From the NCBI RefSeq assembly GCF_017876815.1, contig NZ_JAGIOS010000003.1, forward strand, positions 390,001 to 422,000: a DNA stretch of 32,000 nt, in the 5' to 3' direction. The notes below the pieces were generated by a model. That model was given only the letters and a program-made list of their open reading frames with translations. It was not told the origin of the DNA and made no database searches. The DNA is from Sinorhizobium meliloti (lineage in GTDB: Bacteria > Pseudomonadota > Alphaproteobacteria > Rhizobiales > Rhizobiaceae). Both the position numbers and the translations under genes were made by a program. This document shows positions 9,032-17,990 of the stretch, one piece after another; position 1 is the first letter of the stretch, and every line of letters begins with the position of its first letter.

Positions 9032-10376
9032 GGCCGACATCATCGTCGTCGGCGGTGGACCGGCCGGCGTGTCGGCGGCGATCGAAGCCGCGAAATCGGG
9101 GCTCTCGGTGATGCTTTGCGAGCAGAGGCCGGCGCTCGGCGGCGCCATCCATCGCCAGCCGGCCGAAGGCGCAACCCCCGTTGCCGTCTTACCGTCACTT
9201 AGGGGCCGCTGGCAGGCCCTGTCTGCGGAGCTTTCCGCCTCGGGCGTGGATGTTCGGACGCGCCGCGCATTCGTCGGCGTCGACAGCACAGGCGCCGTGT
9301 TGATCGAAGACCGGGCAGCTGGCAAGGTCGAAGTACGCCGGCCGCGCGCCTTGATTTTAAGCTGCGGGGCCGTGGAGCGGGTAAGACCGCGTCGGGGCTG
9401 GCATTTGCCCGGCGTCGCCGCGGCAGGCGGTCTCCAGGTGATGCTGAAGGAGGGCCGCGTGCCTGGGGGACGCATCCTGCTTGCGGGGAGCGGCCCGCTG
9501 CTGCTCGCTTTGGCCGCACAAATGACGGCAGCCGGCAATCCGCCCGTGGCCGTCATCGAGGAGGGAGACCCTGCTTCGCGGCCCCTGGCAGGTGTCCGTC
9601 TGCTGGCTCATCCATCCATCCTTCCGGACATGGCTGCCCTGATGATGCCTGTCCTCTTCCGCCGCGTCGTGTGGCGCCGCGGCACGCGCCTGACGGAGAT
9701 CACCCAATCCGGCGATATGCTCACCGCGTGCCTCATCGCGCCAAACGGGCGGGAGGAGCGGATCGAGGTCGACCGCATCGGTCTCCATGACGGGCTGCGT
9801 CCGAACGATTTCGGCCTGCCGGCCAATGATGCCGCGGCAGGCCTCGTCATCCTGCGGGCCGGAGATGTGCGCGAAGTGCTCGGCGCGCACGCCGCCGAGG
9901 CGGATGGAGCCGAAGCGGGCCGCGAAGCTGCGGCACGGCTGGCAGGGCGCCCGCCGCGCAGTGGCGCGAACGGGATTCGACGCCTGCGCTCTCTGCAGAC
10001 CAGCCTTTCCCGCCTTTTCGCGCCCGTCCACGGTGCGCCGATCCTGGACGATTGTCCCGGAGACACGGTGATCTGTCGTTGCGAGAACCGGACGATCAGC
10101 CATCTGAAAGCACAATTGTCGGGGCCGGACACCGTTTCAGCACGAGAATTGCGGCTCAACGGACGGTTCGGCATGGGCGCCTGCCAGGGGCGCTTCTGCT
10201 CCGAATGGACGCTTTCACTGATGTCCGAACTGCGCCCCACAGCCTCTCCGTCAAGTATCGCCGAAATGGGCGCTTGCCGTTGGCCGTTGCGGCCCGTAGC
10301 TCTGTCGTCGCTCGCAAAAGGTGGCACGAACGCCGACACACTGACAGAACCGCATATGGAGGAGATCTCGGCATGA
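9024..10376 (+). CDS. FAD/NAD(P)-binding oxidoreductase with C-terminal BFD-like [2Fe-2S] motif, HcnB / opine oxidase subunit A (OoxA)-like
   Basis: ADIIVVGGGPAGVSAAIEAAKSG, then a second Rossmann-like ILLAGSGPLLLALAAQ. C-terminal VICRCENRT...GMGACQGRFC. ATG 9024 has GGAGGA 6 nt upstream; the track uses ATG 9018. Overlaps the upstream stop at 9029-9031. Confidence 0.8.
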   Translation: MREADIIVVGGGPAGVSAAIEAAKSGLSVMLCEQRPALGGAIHRQPAEGATPVAVLPSLRGRWQALSAELSASGVDVRTRRAFVGVDSTGAVLIEDRAAGKVEVRRPRALILSCGAVERVRPRRGWHLPGVAAAGGLQVMLKEGRVPGGRILLAGSGPLLLALAAQMTAAGNPPVAVIEEGDPASRPLAGVRLLAHPSILPDMAALMMPVLFRRVVWRRGTRLTEITQSGDMLTACLIAPNGREERIEVDRIGLHDGLRPNDFGLPANDAAAGLVILRAGDVREVLGAHAAEADGAEAGREAAARLAGRPPRSGANGIRRLRSLQTSLSRLFAPVHGAPILDDCPGDTVICRCENRTISHLKAQLSGPDTVSARELRLNGRFGMGACQGRFCSEWTLSLMSELRPTASPSSIAEMGACRWPLRPVALSSLAKGGTNADTLTEPHMEEISA

Positions 10377-10476
10377 CGCTGCAGGCCCGTTGAGGAAAGG
10401 GTTGCCGCCGCGAGCTTCGCTTTTACCCTTACGATCGAGGATGCAAAACAAAAATTCCAATAAGAGGGGTACACAG

Positions 10477-11952
10477 ATGAACACAAGAATACTGGGTTTG
10501 GCCGCCGGCCTCGCCGTCCTGTTCGCGTCCACATCTTGGGCGCAGTCGATCACCGTAGCGATCGGCTCGGAGCCTTCGACCCTCGATCCCCAACTCCGCG
10601 ATGACGGGGGTGAGCGACAGGTCAACGACAATATTTATGAAGCGCTGATGGCGCGCACTGCGACTGGCGATCTCGTGCCGGGCCTTGCCGCAGATGCGCC
10701 GACACAGGTGGATGCCAGGACCTGGCAGTTCAAGCTGCGTGAAGGCATCAAGTTCCACAACGGCGAGCCATTCAACGCCGATGCCGTCGTCGCTTCGGTG
10801 CTGCGGGTGATAGATCCGGCGAACAATTCGGAGCAGATGGCCTATCTTGGTCCGCTTTCAGGAGCCGAAAAAGTCGATGACCTGACTGTCCGCATCATCA
10901 CATCCGCCCCCGACCCGATCCTGCCGGCCCGGATGTATTGGCTGAAGATGGTCCCTGCCGCCTACTCGAAGAACGCGACCGCCATCGCGGAGAAGCCGGT
11001 CGGAACCGGCCCCTACAAGTTCGGCACCTGGGACCGCGGGAACAGTATCACAATGACGGCCAACACCGATTACTGGGGTGGGGAGCCGCAGATCGATGAT
11101 GTGACCTACCGCTTCGTGAGCGAGGCAGGCACGCGGCTATCGGGGTTGGTCGCCGGTGAATTTGACGTCGTCGTCAATCTGCTTCCCGAATTTGCCGACT
11201 CCGTGCCTCAGGCAAAGTCGGTAAGCGGCCTCGAGACATCGGTCATCATTCTCGGCGTGGACAATCCGGCCGTGAAGGATGTGCGAGTGCGCCGGGCGCT
11301 CAACATGGCAATTGATCGGCACGCCCTTGCGGAAAGCCTGTTTGCCGGCAACGCGAAGGTAACAAAGGGACAGCTCGTCCTGCCGGGCGCCTTCGGCTAC
11401 AACGAGAGTCTGGAAAACTGGCCTTACGATCCACAGGGTGCGAAGAAGCTGATCGCGGAAGCGGGCGCGGCCGGAACGACGATCGATCTCGTCGGCGAGG
11501 CGGGGCGCTGGCTGAAGGACCGGGAGCTGGTCGAGGCGGTTGCCGCGTATTGGACCGAGGTCGGACTGAAGGTGAATGTCGAGATCCTCGAATTCTCGGT
11601 GTATCTCGACCGCATCTTCGACATGGGCAACCGGCCCGACAGCTACTTTGTCCTCAACTCGAACGAGCTTTTTGACGCCGACCGTGAAATGGCCTTCGCT
11701 TACGAACCGGGCCAGGGCGGTGCCTCGAACAGCGACAAGGCCCTCGGCGAGGCCATCCGTGCAGCACGTTCGGAAGTCGACGTGGAAAAACGCAAGGCCG
11801 CCTATGCCGTGATCACGAAGAAGCTGCACGACGAAGCCTATGACGTCCCGCTTCTGAACCATCAGGACATTTACGGCATGTCCGAAAAGATGGAATGGCA
11901 GCCGCGGGTGGATTCAAAGATTATTGTCAGGGAAATGAAGGTCAATGAGTGA
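10477..11952 (+). CDS. ABC transporter substrate-binding protein, family 5 (peptide/opine/nickel type), copy 1
   Basis: The signal peptide is MNTRILGLAAGLAVLFASTSWAQ, followed by SITVAIGSEPSTLDPQ... ATG 10477 is preceded by AAGAGGGG; the track ORF starts earlier, at 10390. Confidence 0.9.
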   Translation: MNTRILGLAAGLAVLFASTSWAQSITVAIGSEPSTLDPQLRDDGGERQVNDNIYEALMARTATGDLVPGLAADAPTQVDARTWQFKLREGIKFHNGEPFNADAVVASVLRVIDPANNSEQMAYLGPLSGAEKVDDLTVRIITSAPDPILPARMYWLKMVPAAYSKNATAIAEKPVGTGPYKFGTWDRGNSITMTANTDYWGGEPQIDDVTYRFVSEAGTRLSGLVAGEFDVVVNLLPEFADSVPQAKSVSGLETSVIILGVDNPAVKDVRVRRALNMAIDRHALAESLFAGNAKVTKGQLVLPGAFGYNESLENWPYDPQGAKKLIAEAGAAGTTIDLVGEAGRWLKDRELVEAVAAYWTEVGLKVNVEILEFSVYLDRIFDMGNRPDSYFVLNSNELFDADREMAFAYEPGQGGASNSDKALGEAIRAARSEVDVEKRKAAYAVITKKLHDEAYDVPLLNHQDIYGMSEKMEWQPRVDSKIIVREMKVNE

Positions 11953-12124
11953 CGCTGGCAAAATCGAGGCGCAGTTGAGGGCGATTGCGAAGGTCAGGCT
12001 GCCTCATGGGGCTTCTGAGGAAGAGATCGCGGATTTTGTTCGAGGCCTCGTCATACTCGATGACGTGACGTTGCGGGCGCGTCGCGTGGCCGAAAGGCTA
12101 GCCCAGGACGAGATGCAGCCATGA
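11945..12124 (+). CDS. small hypothetical protein (59 aa), possible GatC/AtzG-like partner of the downstream amidase
   Basis: Below the ORF-track size cutoff. Sequence: MSDAGKIEAQLRAIAKVRLPHGASEEEIADFVRGLVILDDVTLRARRVAERLAQDEMQP. Its ATG overlaps the binding-protein stop (ATGAGTGA, 11945-11952). Its stop overlaps the amidase ATG (ATGA, 12121-12124). A purine-rich AGGGAAATGAAGG lies upstream. By my count about two thirds of third codon positions are G/C. Confidence 0.5.
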   Translation: MSDAGKIEAQLRAIAKVRLPHGASEEEIADFVRGLVILDDVTLRARRVAERLAQDEMQP

Positions 12125-13536
12125 CCGCGCTTGAAAACCTGTCGATCAGGAAACTTGCGGCGATGGTCCGGGCACGTGAGATCTCCGCCGTTGATGTGAC
12201 AACCCATTTCCTTGGCCGAATCGTGGCCTACGACGATGCACTTTGCGGGTTCAACGTGCCGGCACCGGAAGCAGCTCTGGACGCCGCACACGATCTCGAT
12301 ACGTATCTGAATGCAGGAGGCGAGGCGGGGGCGCTTGCCGGCATACCGCTCTCCATCAAAGATATAGCCGATGTTGCCGGGCTTCCCTCTGCGGGGGCCT
12401 CGGCGTCACGGTCAGGGCGCACGGCCACTGCCGATGCGACTGTCGTTGCCCGTATGAAGGCGGCGGGTGGGATCGTGCTAGGCAAGGCGAACTGCCACGA
12501 GCTTGCCTTCGGCGGCCCGTCTTTCGATCTGCCTTTCCCGCCTGCCCGCAATCCCTGGAATCTTGACCGCTTTCCCGGTGGCTCGTCGAGCGGATCCGGC
12601 GTCACCGTCGCTGCCGGCCTCTGTCTCGGATCGCTGGCGACCGACACGGCCGGTTCGATCCGGCTTCCGGCCACGATGTGTGGCGTCTTCGGCCTGAAGC
12701 CCGGTCACGATACGCTGCCGCTCGACGGTATCGCTGTCCTCGCGGCCACGATGGACCATGTGGGCCCGGTCGCCCGGACCGCCGATGATACCCGCATCCT
12801 GTTCGACGTCATGGCAGGCCGCAGCCCCGGTTCACCCTTCGTCGAATCGCTAAAAGGTCTTCGGATCGGCGTCCCGGAGAATGAATGGGATGTTGGACGG
12901 CTGATACATCCCGATGTGCGGGCGGCTATCGACGGCGCCATCGAAGTCGCCCGGTCTGAAGGCGCAGACATCGTGCCGCTCCGGCTTCCTTCGCTGGAGG
13001 ATTTCCACGCCCCGGGCACCGTTCTCATGATGTGCGAGGTTGCTGCGGAGCATGCCGCTTCCGTCCGTGCGGCCTGGGACAAGTTCGGCGCGATATTCCG
13101 GGCTCGCGCACTTGTCGGTGAGGGGATAGCGGTTCATGACTTCCGACTGGCCGAACGTCTGCGCCCTGTTTTGAGGAAGAGGCTCTTGGACGCTATGTCG
13201 AACGTCGATTGCCTGCTGGTCCCCGGCGCACTCGCGCCGCCCGGGCCGCTTGCGTCGGTCGACCCCTTCTATTTCATGAAGGACCCCATTCCGAATATCG
13301 TCGCCAATTATACTGGCTTTCCCGCTCTCGCCTTTCCGGCAGGTTTTGGCGGCGACGGGATGCCGGTCGGAGTGCAGATCATGGGGGTGCCGCGCTCCGA
13401 GCATCGGCTGCTCGACATTGCCGAGAGCTTCGAAAGGGCTGATCCATCGCGGTTTGCGGCCAGGACGCCTCCGGGACTGGAAGGCCGGCCCGAGCCTTGC
13501 CTGTTCAAACTAGAACTTCCGGCTCGAGCCATGTGA
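12121..13536 (+). CDS. amidase (amidase-signature family, GatA/AtzE-like)
   Basis: PLSIKDI (catalytic Lys), GGSSSGSGVTVAAG (AS signature) and DTAGSIRLPA (nucleophile Ser). 471 aa. Confidence 0.9.
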   Translation: MTALENLSIRKLAAMVRAREISAVDVTTHFLGRIVAYDDALCGFNVPAPEAALDAAHDLDTYLNAGGEAGALAGIPLSIKDIADVAGLPSAGASASRSGRTATADATVVARMKAAGGIVLGKANCHELAFGGPSFDLPFPPARNPWNLDRFPGGSSSGSGVTVAAGLCLGSLATDTAGSIRLPATMCGVFGLKPGHDTLPLDGIAVLAATMDHVGPVARTADDTRILFDVMAGRSPGSPFVESLKGLRIGVPENEWDVGRLIHPDVRAAIDGAIEVARSEGADIVPLRLPSLEDFHAPGTVLMMCEVAAEHAASVRAAWDKFGAIFRARALVGEGIAVHDFRLAERLRPVLRKRLLDAMSNVDCLLVPGALAPPGPLASVDPFYFMKDPIPNIVANYTGFPALAFPAGFGGDGMPVGVQIMGVPRSEHRLLDIAESFERADPSRFAARTPPGLEGRPEPCLFKLELPARAM

Positions 13537-13564
13537 TATCTGAACAAAAAACAGGGGAACTTGG

Positions 13565-15049
13565 ATGAAGAAGATACAGAGACTGACTGCCGGCATCGTG
13601 ATGTTGCTCGCGTCGACACTTGCCGCATCGGCAGCATGGGCACAATCCATCACCATCGCCATCGGGTCGGAGCCTTCGACGCTCGATCCGCAGCTTAGGG
13701 ATGACGGCGGCGAGCGACAGGTCAACGACAACATCTATGAGACGCTGATGGCAAGGACGCCGACCGGCGAACTCGTGCCGGGTCTGGCCGCGCAGCCTCC
13801 GAAGCAGGTCGACGCCACGACCTGGCAGTTCAAATTGCGGGACGGCGTCAAGTTCCACAATGGCGAACCTTTCAATGCCGATGCCGTGGTTGCATCCGTC
13901 TCGCGGGTCATCGATCCTGCCAACAATTCCGAACAGATGGCGTATTTCGGTACGATCAAGACGGCCGAAAAGGTCGATGACCTGACAGTCAACCTCGTCA
14001 CCACAGGCCCGGATCCGATCCTGCCGTCGCGCATGTACTGGATGAAGATGATCGCGCCCGGCTATGCCAAGGACGGCGATCTTGCCGGTGCGCCGGTCGG
14101 AACCGGCCCGTACAAGTTCGACAGCTGGAACCGCGGGACGGACCTGAAGCTCGTTGCAAACGCGGACTACTGGGGCGGGGAACCGCAGATCGACGACGTC
14201 ACCTACCGCTTCGTGACGGAGCCGGGCACGCGCCTTTCCGGCCTGCTTTCCGGCGAATTCGACGTGATCACAAACCTCCTGCCGGAGTTCACGACAAATG
14301 TGCCGAAGTTCGCTGCCGTTCCCGGCCTCGAGACGTCGGTCTTCGTTCTGGGCACGGACAACGAAGTTACGAAGGACCCGAAGGTGCGCGAGGCGCTCAA
14401 TCTCGCCATCGACCGCAAGGCCATGGCCGAGGGCCTGTTCATGGGCTATGCGACCCTCGCCAAAGGGTCGCACATCAATCCGGCAGCCTTCGGCTTCAAC
14501 GAAAAGCTGGAGCACTATCCCCATGACATCGAGAAGGCGCGGGCGCTGATCAAGGAGGCAGGGGCCGAGGGCAAGCCTCTCGTGGTCGTCGGCGAATCCG
14601 GCCGCTGGCTGAAGGACCGTGAGCAGATCGAAGCGGTCGCGGGTTACTGGGCCGAGACCGGGCTGAACGTCACGACCGACATCCAGGAATTCTCGCAGTA
14701 CCTCGACAGCCTGATGGGCGACGGGCCGCGTCCCGACGCGATCTTCATCGCCAATTCCAACGAACTGCTCGATGCCGACCGGGAAATGTCCTTCATCTAC
14801 CACAAGGACGGTGCAGCGGCATCGAACTCGGATGCCGAAATGGCCACCATGATCGAGGCGGCACGCGTCGAAACGGATACTGCAAAACGCAAGGCGCTTT
14901 ATGACGATATCCAGAAGAAGGGCCACGACCTGAACTACACCGTCCCGCTGTTCAATCTCCAGGACATCTACGGAATGTCGGAACGCATGGAATGGCAGCC
15001 ACGTGTCGACGCGAAGTTGATGGTGAGCGAAATGAAGGTAACCGAATAG
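13565..15049 (+). CDS. ABC transporter substrate-binding protein, family 5, copy 2 (paralog of 10477-11952)
   Basis: The signal peptide is MKKIQRLTAGIVMLLASTLAASAAWAQ. It is collinear with copy 1 along its whole length, with long identical blocks such as GSEPSTLDPQLRDDGGERQVNDNIYE. Confidence 0.9.
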   Translation: MKKIQRLTAGIVMLLASTLAASAAWAQSITIAIGSEPSTLDPQLRDDGGERQVNDNIYETLMARTPTGELVPGLAAQPPKQVDATTWQFKLRDGVKFHNGEPFNADAVVASVSRVIDPANNSEQMAYFGTIKTAEKVDDLTVNLVTTGPDPILPSRMYWMKMIAPGYAKDGDLAGAPVGTGPYKFDSWNRGTDLKLVANADYWGGEPQIDDVTYRFVTEPGTRLSGLLSGEFDVITNLLPEFTTNVPKFAAVPGLETSVFVLGTDNEVTKDPKVREALNLAIDRKAMAEGLFMGYATLAKGSHINPAAFGFNEKLEHYPHDIEKARALIKEAGAEGKPLVVVGESGRWLKDREQIEAVAGYWAETGLNVTTDIQEFSQYLDSLMGDGPRPDAIFIANSNELLDADREMSFIYHKDGAAASNSDAEMATMIEAARVETDTAKRKALYDDIQKKGHDLNYTVPLFNLQDIYGMSERMEWQPRVDAKLMVSEMKVTE

Positions 15050-15072
15050 CGTCGTCCGCAGGTGGATTAACT

Positions 15073-15099
15073 CTTGCCGCGGACCTGTTCTGCGGCAAG
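15073..15099 (+). terminator. intra-operon stem-loop after the second binding-protein gene (possible attenuator or mRNA stabiliser)
   Basis: Perfect 8 bp stem CTTGCCGC (15073-15080) / GCGGCAAG (15092-15099) with an 11 nt loop. There is no U-tract, so it is not a classical intrinsic terminator. Confidence 0.3.
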
Positions 15100-15127
15100 G
15101 GTCGCCCCGACCAAAGGAATGCCTCAT

Positions 15128-16048
15128 ATGCTGGAATTCATCCTCCGCCGCCTGTTCCAGGGCGTGCTCGTCGTCTTCGGGGTGACAGCGACCGTCTTCG
15201 TCGTGACCCGACTGGTGGGCGATCCGGTTGCGCTGATGCTTCCGCTCAGCGCAACGGAGGCGCAAAGGGCTGCCTTTGCCCAGCAGATCGGCCTGGACCA
15301 GCCGATCGCCACGCAGTTCCTGCGTTTCGTCGGGGACATCGCCACACTGGATTTCGGAAACAGCCTCTGGCAGCGTCGCCCTGCGATCGAAGTCGTGTTC
15401 GAGCGCTTGCCGAACACGCTGCTGTTGATCGCGGCAGGGCTTGGAGCCGCAGTCATGCTTTCGATACCGCTGGGCGCCGTTTCGGCTCTGCGTCCGGGCG
15501 GACTGGTCGATCGGCTGACCATGTCGGTCGGCCTTCTCGGGCTCGCGATGCCGCAATTCTGGCTCGGTCTCGTCGCCATCATGATCTTTGCGGTCACGCT
15601 GAGATGGCTGCCGACCTCCGGCATGGGCACGGCCGCTCACCTTGTTCTTCCAGCCCTTACGCTCGCCCTGACGCCGCTTGCGCGCTTCACGATGATGGTG
15701 CGCGCGTCAATGATCGACGAACTCAACAAGCCCTATGTCAAGACGGCAAGGGCAAAGGGCCTCGGGCTAACGCGTATTCTGCGCGTCCATACCTTACGCA
15801 ACATCCTGGTTCCCTTTCTCTCTATCTCCGGATGGGAACTGATTGCCACTCTCTCCGGCTATACGGTTGTGGTCGAAACGGTGTTCGCGTGGCCGGGGCT
15901 GGGCCTGACGGCCGTGCAGGCGATCCAGCGGGGCGACCTGTTTCTGATGCAGGCCATCGTCTTCGTCATCGCTTTCCTGATCGTCTTGATCGGCATCGCG
16001 CTCGACATCCTGTCGAAGGCGGTGGATCCGAGGATGGAATTGAACTGA
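15128..16048 (+). CDS. ABC transporter permease (DppB/OppB-like)
   Basis: MLEFILRRLFQGVLVVFGVTATVFVVTRLVGDPV... is the typical N-terminus. AAGGA lies 9 nt upstream of ATG 15128; the track ORF starts at 15074. Confidence 0.9.
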   Translation: MLEFILRRLFQGVLVVFGVTATVFVVTRLVGDPVALMLPLSATEAQRAAFAQQIGLDQPIATQFLRFVGDIATLDFGNSLWQRRPAIEVVFERLPNTLLLIAAGLGAAVMLSIPLGAVSALRPGGLVDRLTMSVGLLGLAMPQFWLGLVAIMIFAVTLRWLPTSGMGTAAHLVLPALTLALTPLARFTMMVRASMIDELNKPYVKTARAKGLGLTRILRVHTLRNILVPFLSISGWELIATLSGYTVVVETVFAWPGLGLTAVQAIQRGDLFLMQAIVFVIAFLIVLIGIALDILSKAVDPRMELN

Positions 16049-17007
16049 TGGCCGCTTCCGCTTCCGCCGCTTCACCCACTCCTGTCGGCACGCGCGTGCC
16101 GCGCGGAAGGATATCGGAGCTCTGGCACGACAAGACCGCCGCCATCGGCCTCGCCCTCATCCTGCTCATCGTGTTCCTGGCCCTGTTCGCTCCGCTCATC
16201 GCACCTTACGATCCGGCCGCGCAGTCGATCATGGCACGGCTGAAGCCGCCGGTCTGGATGGAGCGCGGTACCTGGGAACACTTGCTCGGAACCGATAATC
16301 TCGGCCGCGACGTCCTGTCCCGCATCATCTGGGGTGCGAGGGCGACGCTGACGATCGGCGCCGTCACCTGCCTTCTGGCGGCGACACTGGGGACCGTCAT
16401 CGGCCTTTGGGCAGGCTTCATGGGAGGACGCACGGACTCGATCCTGATGCGTCTGGTCGACATTCAGGTGAGCTTCCCGGGCATACTTCTCATCCTCCTC
16501 GTCGTCGCGGTTCTGGGGCCAGGCGTCTGGACGCTTGTTGCGGTCCTGTCGGTGACGAACTGGATGGTCTATGCCCGGCTCGTGCGCGGCATCGTCTCGT
16601 CGACCCGTCAGACCCCTTACGTCGAAGCAGCCGAAGTGATCGGCTGTCGTCCTGCAAGGGTCATCTTCAGGCATATCCTGCCGAACATCGTCTCGCCGCT
16701 GATGACGCTCGCGATCCTGGAGTTCACCAATATCGTGCTGGCGGAAGCAGCGGTGTCGTTTCTCGGCTTCGGCGTTCAGCCTCCGGCGACGTCATGGGGG
16801 CTCGACGTCGCCTCGGGACGGGACTACCTGTTCATCGCGTGGTGGCTCGTGACCTTTCCGGGCCTTGCGATCGTCGTGACAGTGCTGTCCATCAATCTCT
16901 TCGCCAACTGGTTGCGGGTAACGACCGACCCCGAGGAACGGGAGAAACGCTTTGCGCGCGCCGAGGCGGCCAGGCGGCGGCGCGGGCGACGGAGGGCGGA
17001 AGCATGA
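16048..17007 (+). CDS. ABC transporter permease (DppC/OppC-like)
   Basis: The last 319 codons of track ORF 14992-17007. The real start is MAASASAASPTPV... at ATG 16048, overlapping the upstream stop (TGATG). LFAPLIAPYDP and later blocks are family-typical. The C-terminal tail is Arg-rich. Confidence 0.9.
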   Translation: MAASASAASPTPVGTRVPRGRISELWHDKTAAIGLALILLIVFLALFAPLIAPYDPAAQSIMARLKPPVWMERGTWEHLLGTDNLGRDVLSRIIWGARATLTIGAVTCLLAATLGTVIGLWAGFMGGRTDSILMRLVDIQVSFPGILLILLVVAVLGPGVWTLVAVLSVTNWMVYARLVRGIVSSTRQTPYVEAAEVIGCRPARVIFRHILPNIVSPLMTLAILEFTNIVLAEAAVSFLGFGVQPPATSWGLDVASGRDYLFIAWWLVTFPGLAIVVTVLSINLFANWLRVTTDPEEREKRFARAEAARRRRGRRRAEA

Positions 17008-17990
17008 CCATGCCTCTGCTCGAGATCGACAACCTGCATGTCTGTTTCGATACGCGCGCCGGGACCGTCCAGGCCCTGCGCGGGGTGTCCCTGACCGTCG
17101 CACCGGGCGAAACGCTCGGCATCGTCGGCGAATCCGGATCCGGCAAAAGCGTGACGGCACAGGCGGTCATGGGCCTGATCGACGTCCCGGGGCGCATCTC
17201 GGACGGTGAGATTCTCTGGGAGGGAAAGCCGCTCGCCGGGTTCGATGTCGCCAATGCTGCGCGCGATATCTGGGGCAGGGAGATCACGATGATCTTTCAG
17301 AACCCAATGACATCGCTCAATCCGCTGATGACGGTGGGGGCGCAAATCGCCGAGGTGATCGAGGTTCACATGGGATCCAGCAGGCGAGCGGCGCGACGTC
17401 GGGCGGCGGAATTGCTTTCGGCAGTCGGCATCTCCGGGGCGGAGCGGAGGCTCGATCAGTATCCGCACGAGTTTTCCGGCGGCATGCGACAGCGTGTCAT
17501 GATTGCCATGGGAATCGCCTGCGAGCCCAAGCTCCTGATCGCCGACGAACCGACAACGGCCCTGGACGTAACGATCCAGGCCCAGATTCTGGAGCTTCTG
17601 GCGGAGTTGCAGGAGAAGATGGGGTTGGCGATCGTTCTGATCACCCATGACCTCGGCATCGTCGCAGGCCTCTGTCACCGCGTCGCCGTCATGTATGCGG
17701 GGCAGATCGTCGAAACCGGTCCGGTGGATGCGATTTTCGAGAATCCATCGCATCCCTATACGCAGGGCCTGATCCGCTCGACACCAGGCCTCGATGCCGA
17801 CGAGGAGCGGCTGACGGCGATAGACGGAGCTCCGCCGGGGCTGTTGCAGCCGCCTTCCGGCTGCGCTTTCCTGCCTCGCTGTCCGATTGGCGACGAGGGT
17901 TGCCAGGGGCCTCAAGTTCTCCGTGCGGTCGGTGCGGGCACAGTGGCCTGCCGCAAGGCCGGCGAACAGGCATGGAGGGAGGCAGTATGA
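17004..17990 (+). CDS. ABC transporter ATP-binding protein (DppD/OppD-like)
   Basis: [13 protein letters not shown]..., Walker A GESGSGKS, signature FSGGMRQR, Walker [13 protein letters not shown]. The oligopeptide-type C-terminus is HPYTQGL...[12 protein letters not shown] overlap at 17004-17007. Confidence 0.9.
   Translation: MTMPLLEIDNLHVCFDTRAGTVQALRGVSLTVAPGETLGIVGESGSGKSVTAQAVMGLIDVPGRISDGEILWEGKPLAGFDVANAARDIWGREITMIFQNPMTSLNPLMTVGAQIAEVIEVHMGSSRRAARRRAAELLSAVGISGAERRLDQYPHEFSGGMRQRVMIAMGIACEPKLLIADEPTTALDVTIQAQILELLAELQEKMGLAIVLITHDLGIVAGLCHRVAVMYAGQIVETGPVDAIFENPSHPYTQGLIRSTPGLDADEERLTAIDGAPPGLLQPPSGCAFLPRCPIGDEGCQGPQVLRAVGAGTVACRKAGEQAWREAV

Noticed and set aside
13505-15640. 711 aa minus-strand ORF, the longest in the track
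   Set aside because: It is antisense to the second binding protein and the first permease, both strongly supported. The translation is extremely Arg/His/Asp/Gly-rich without any motif.
14992-16047. First 352 codons of the 671 aa plus-strand ORF 14992-17007
   Set aside because: It is out of frame over the DppB-like permease gene and the translation is Arg/Gly/Pro-rich. Only the part from ATG 16048 is a recognisable DppC-type permease.
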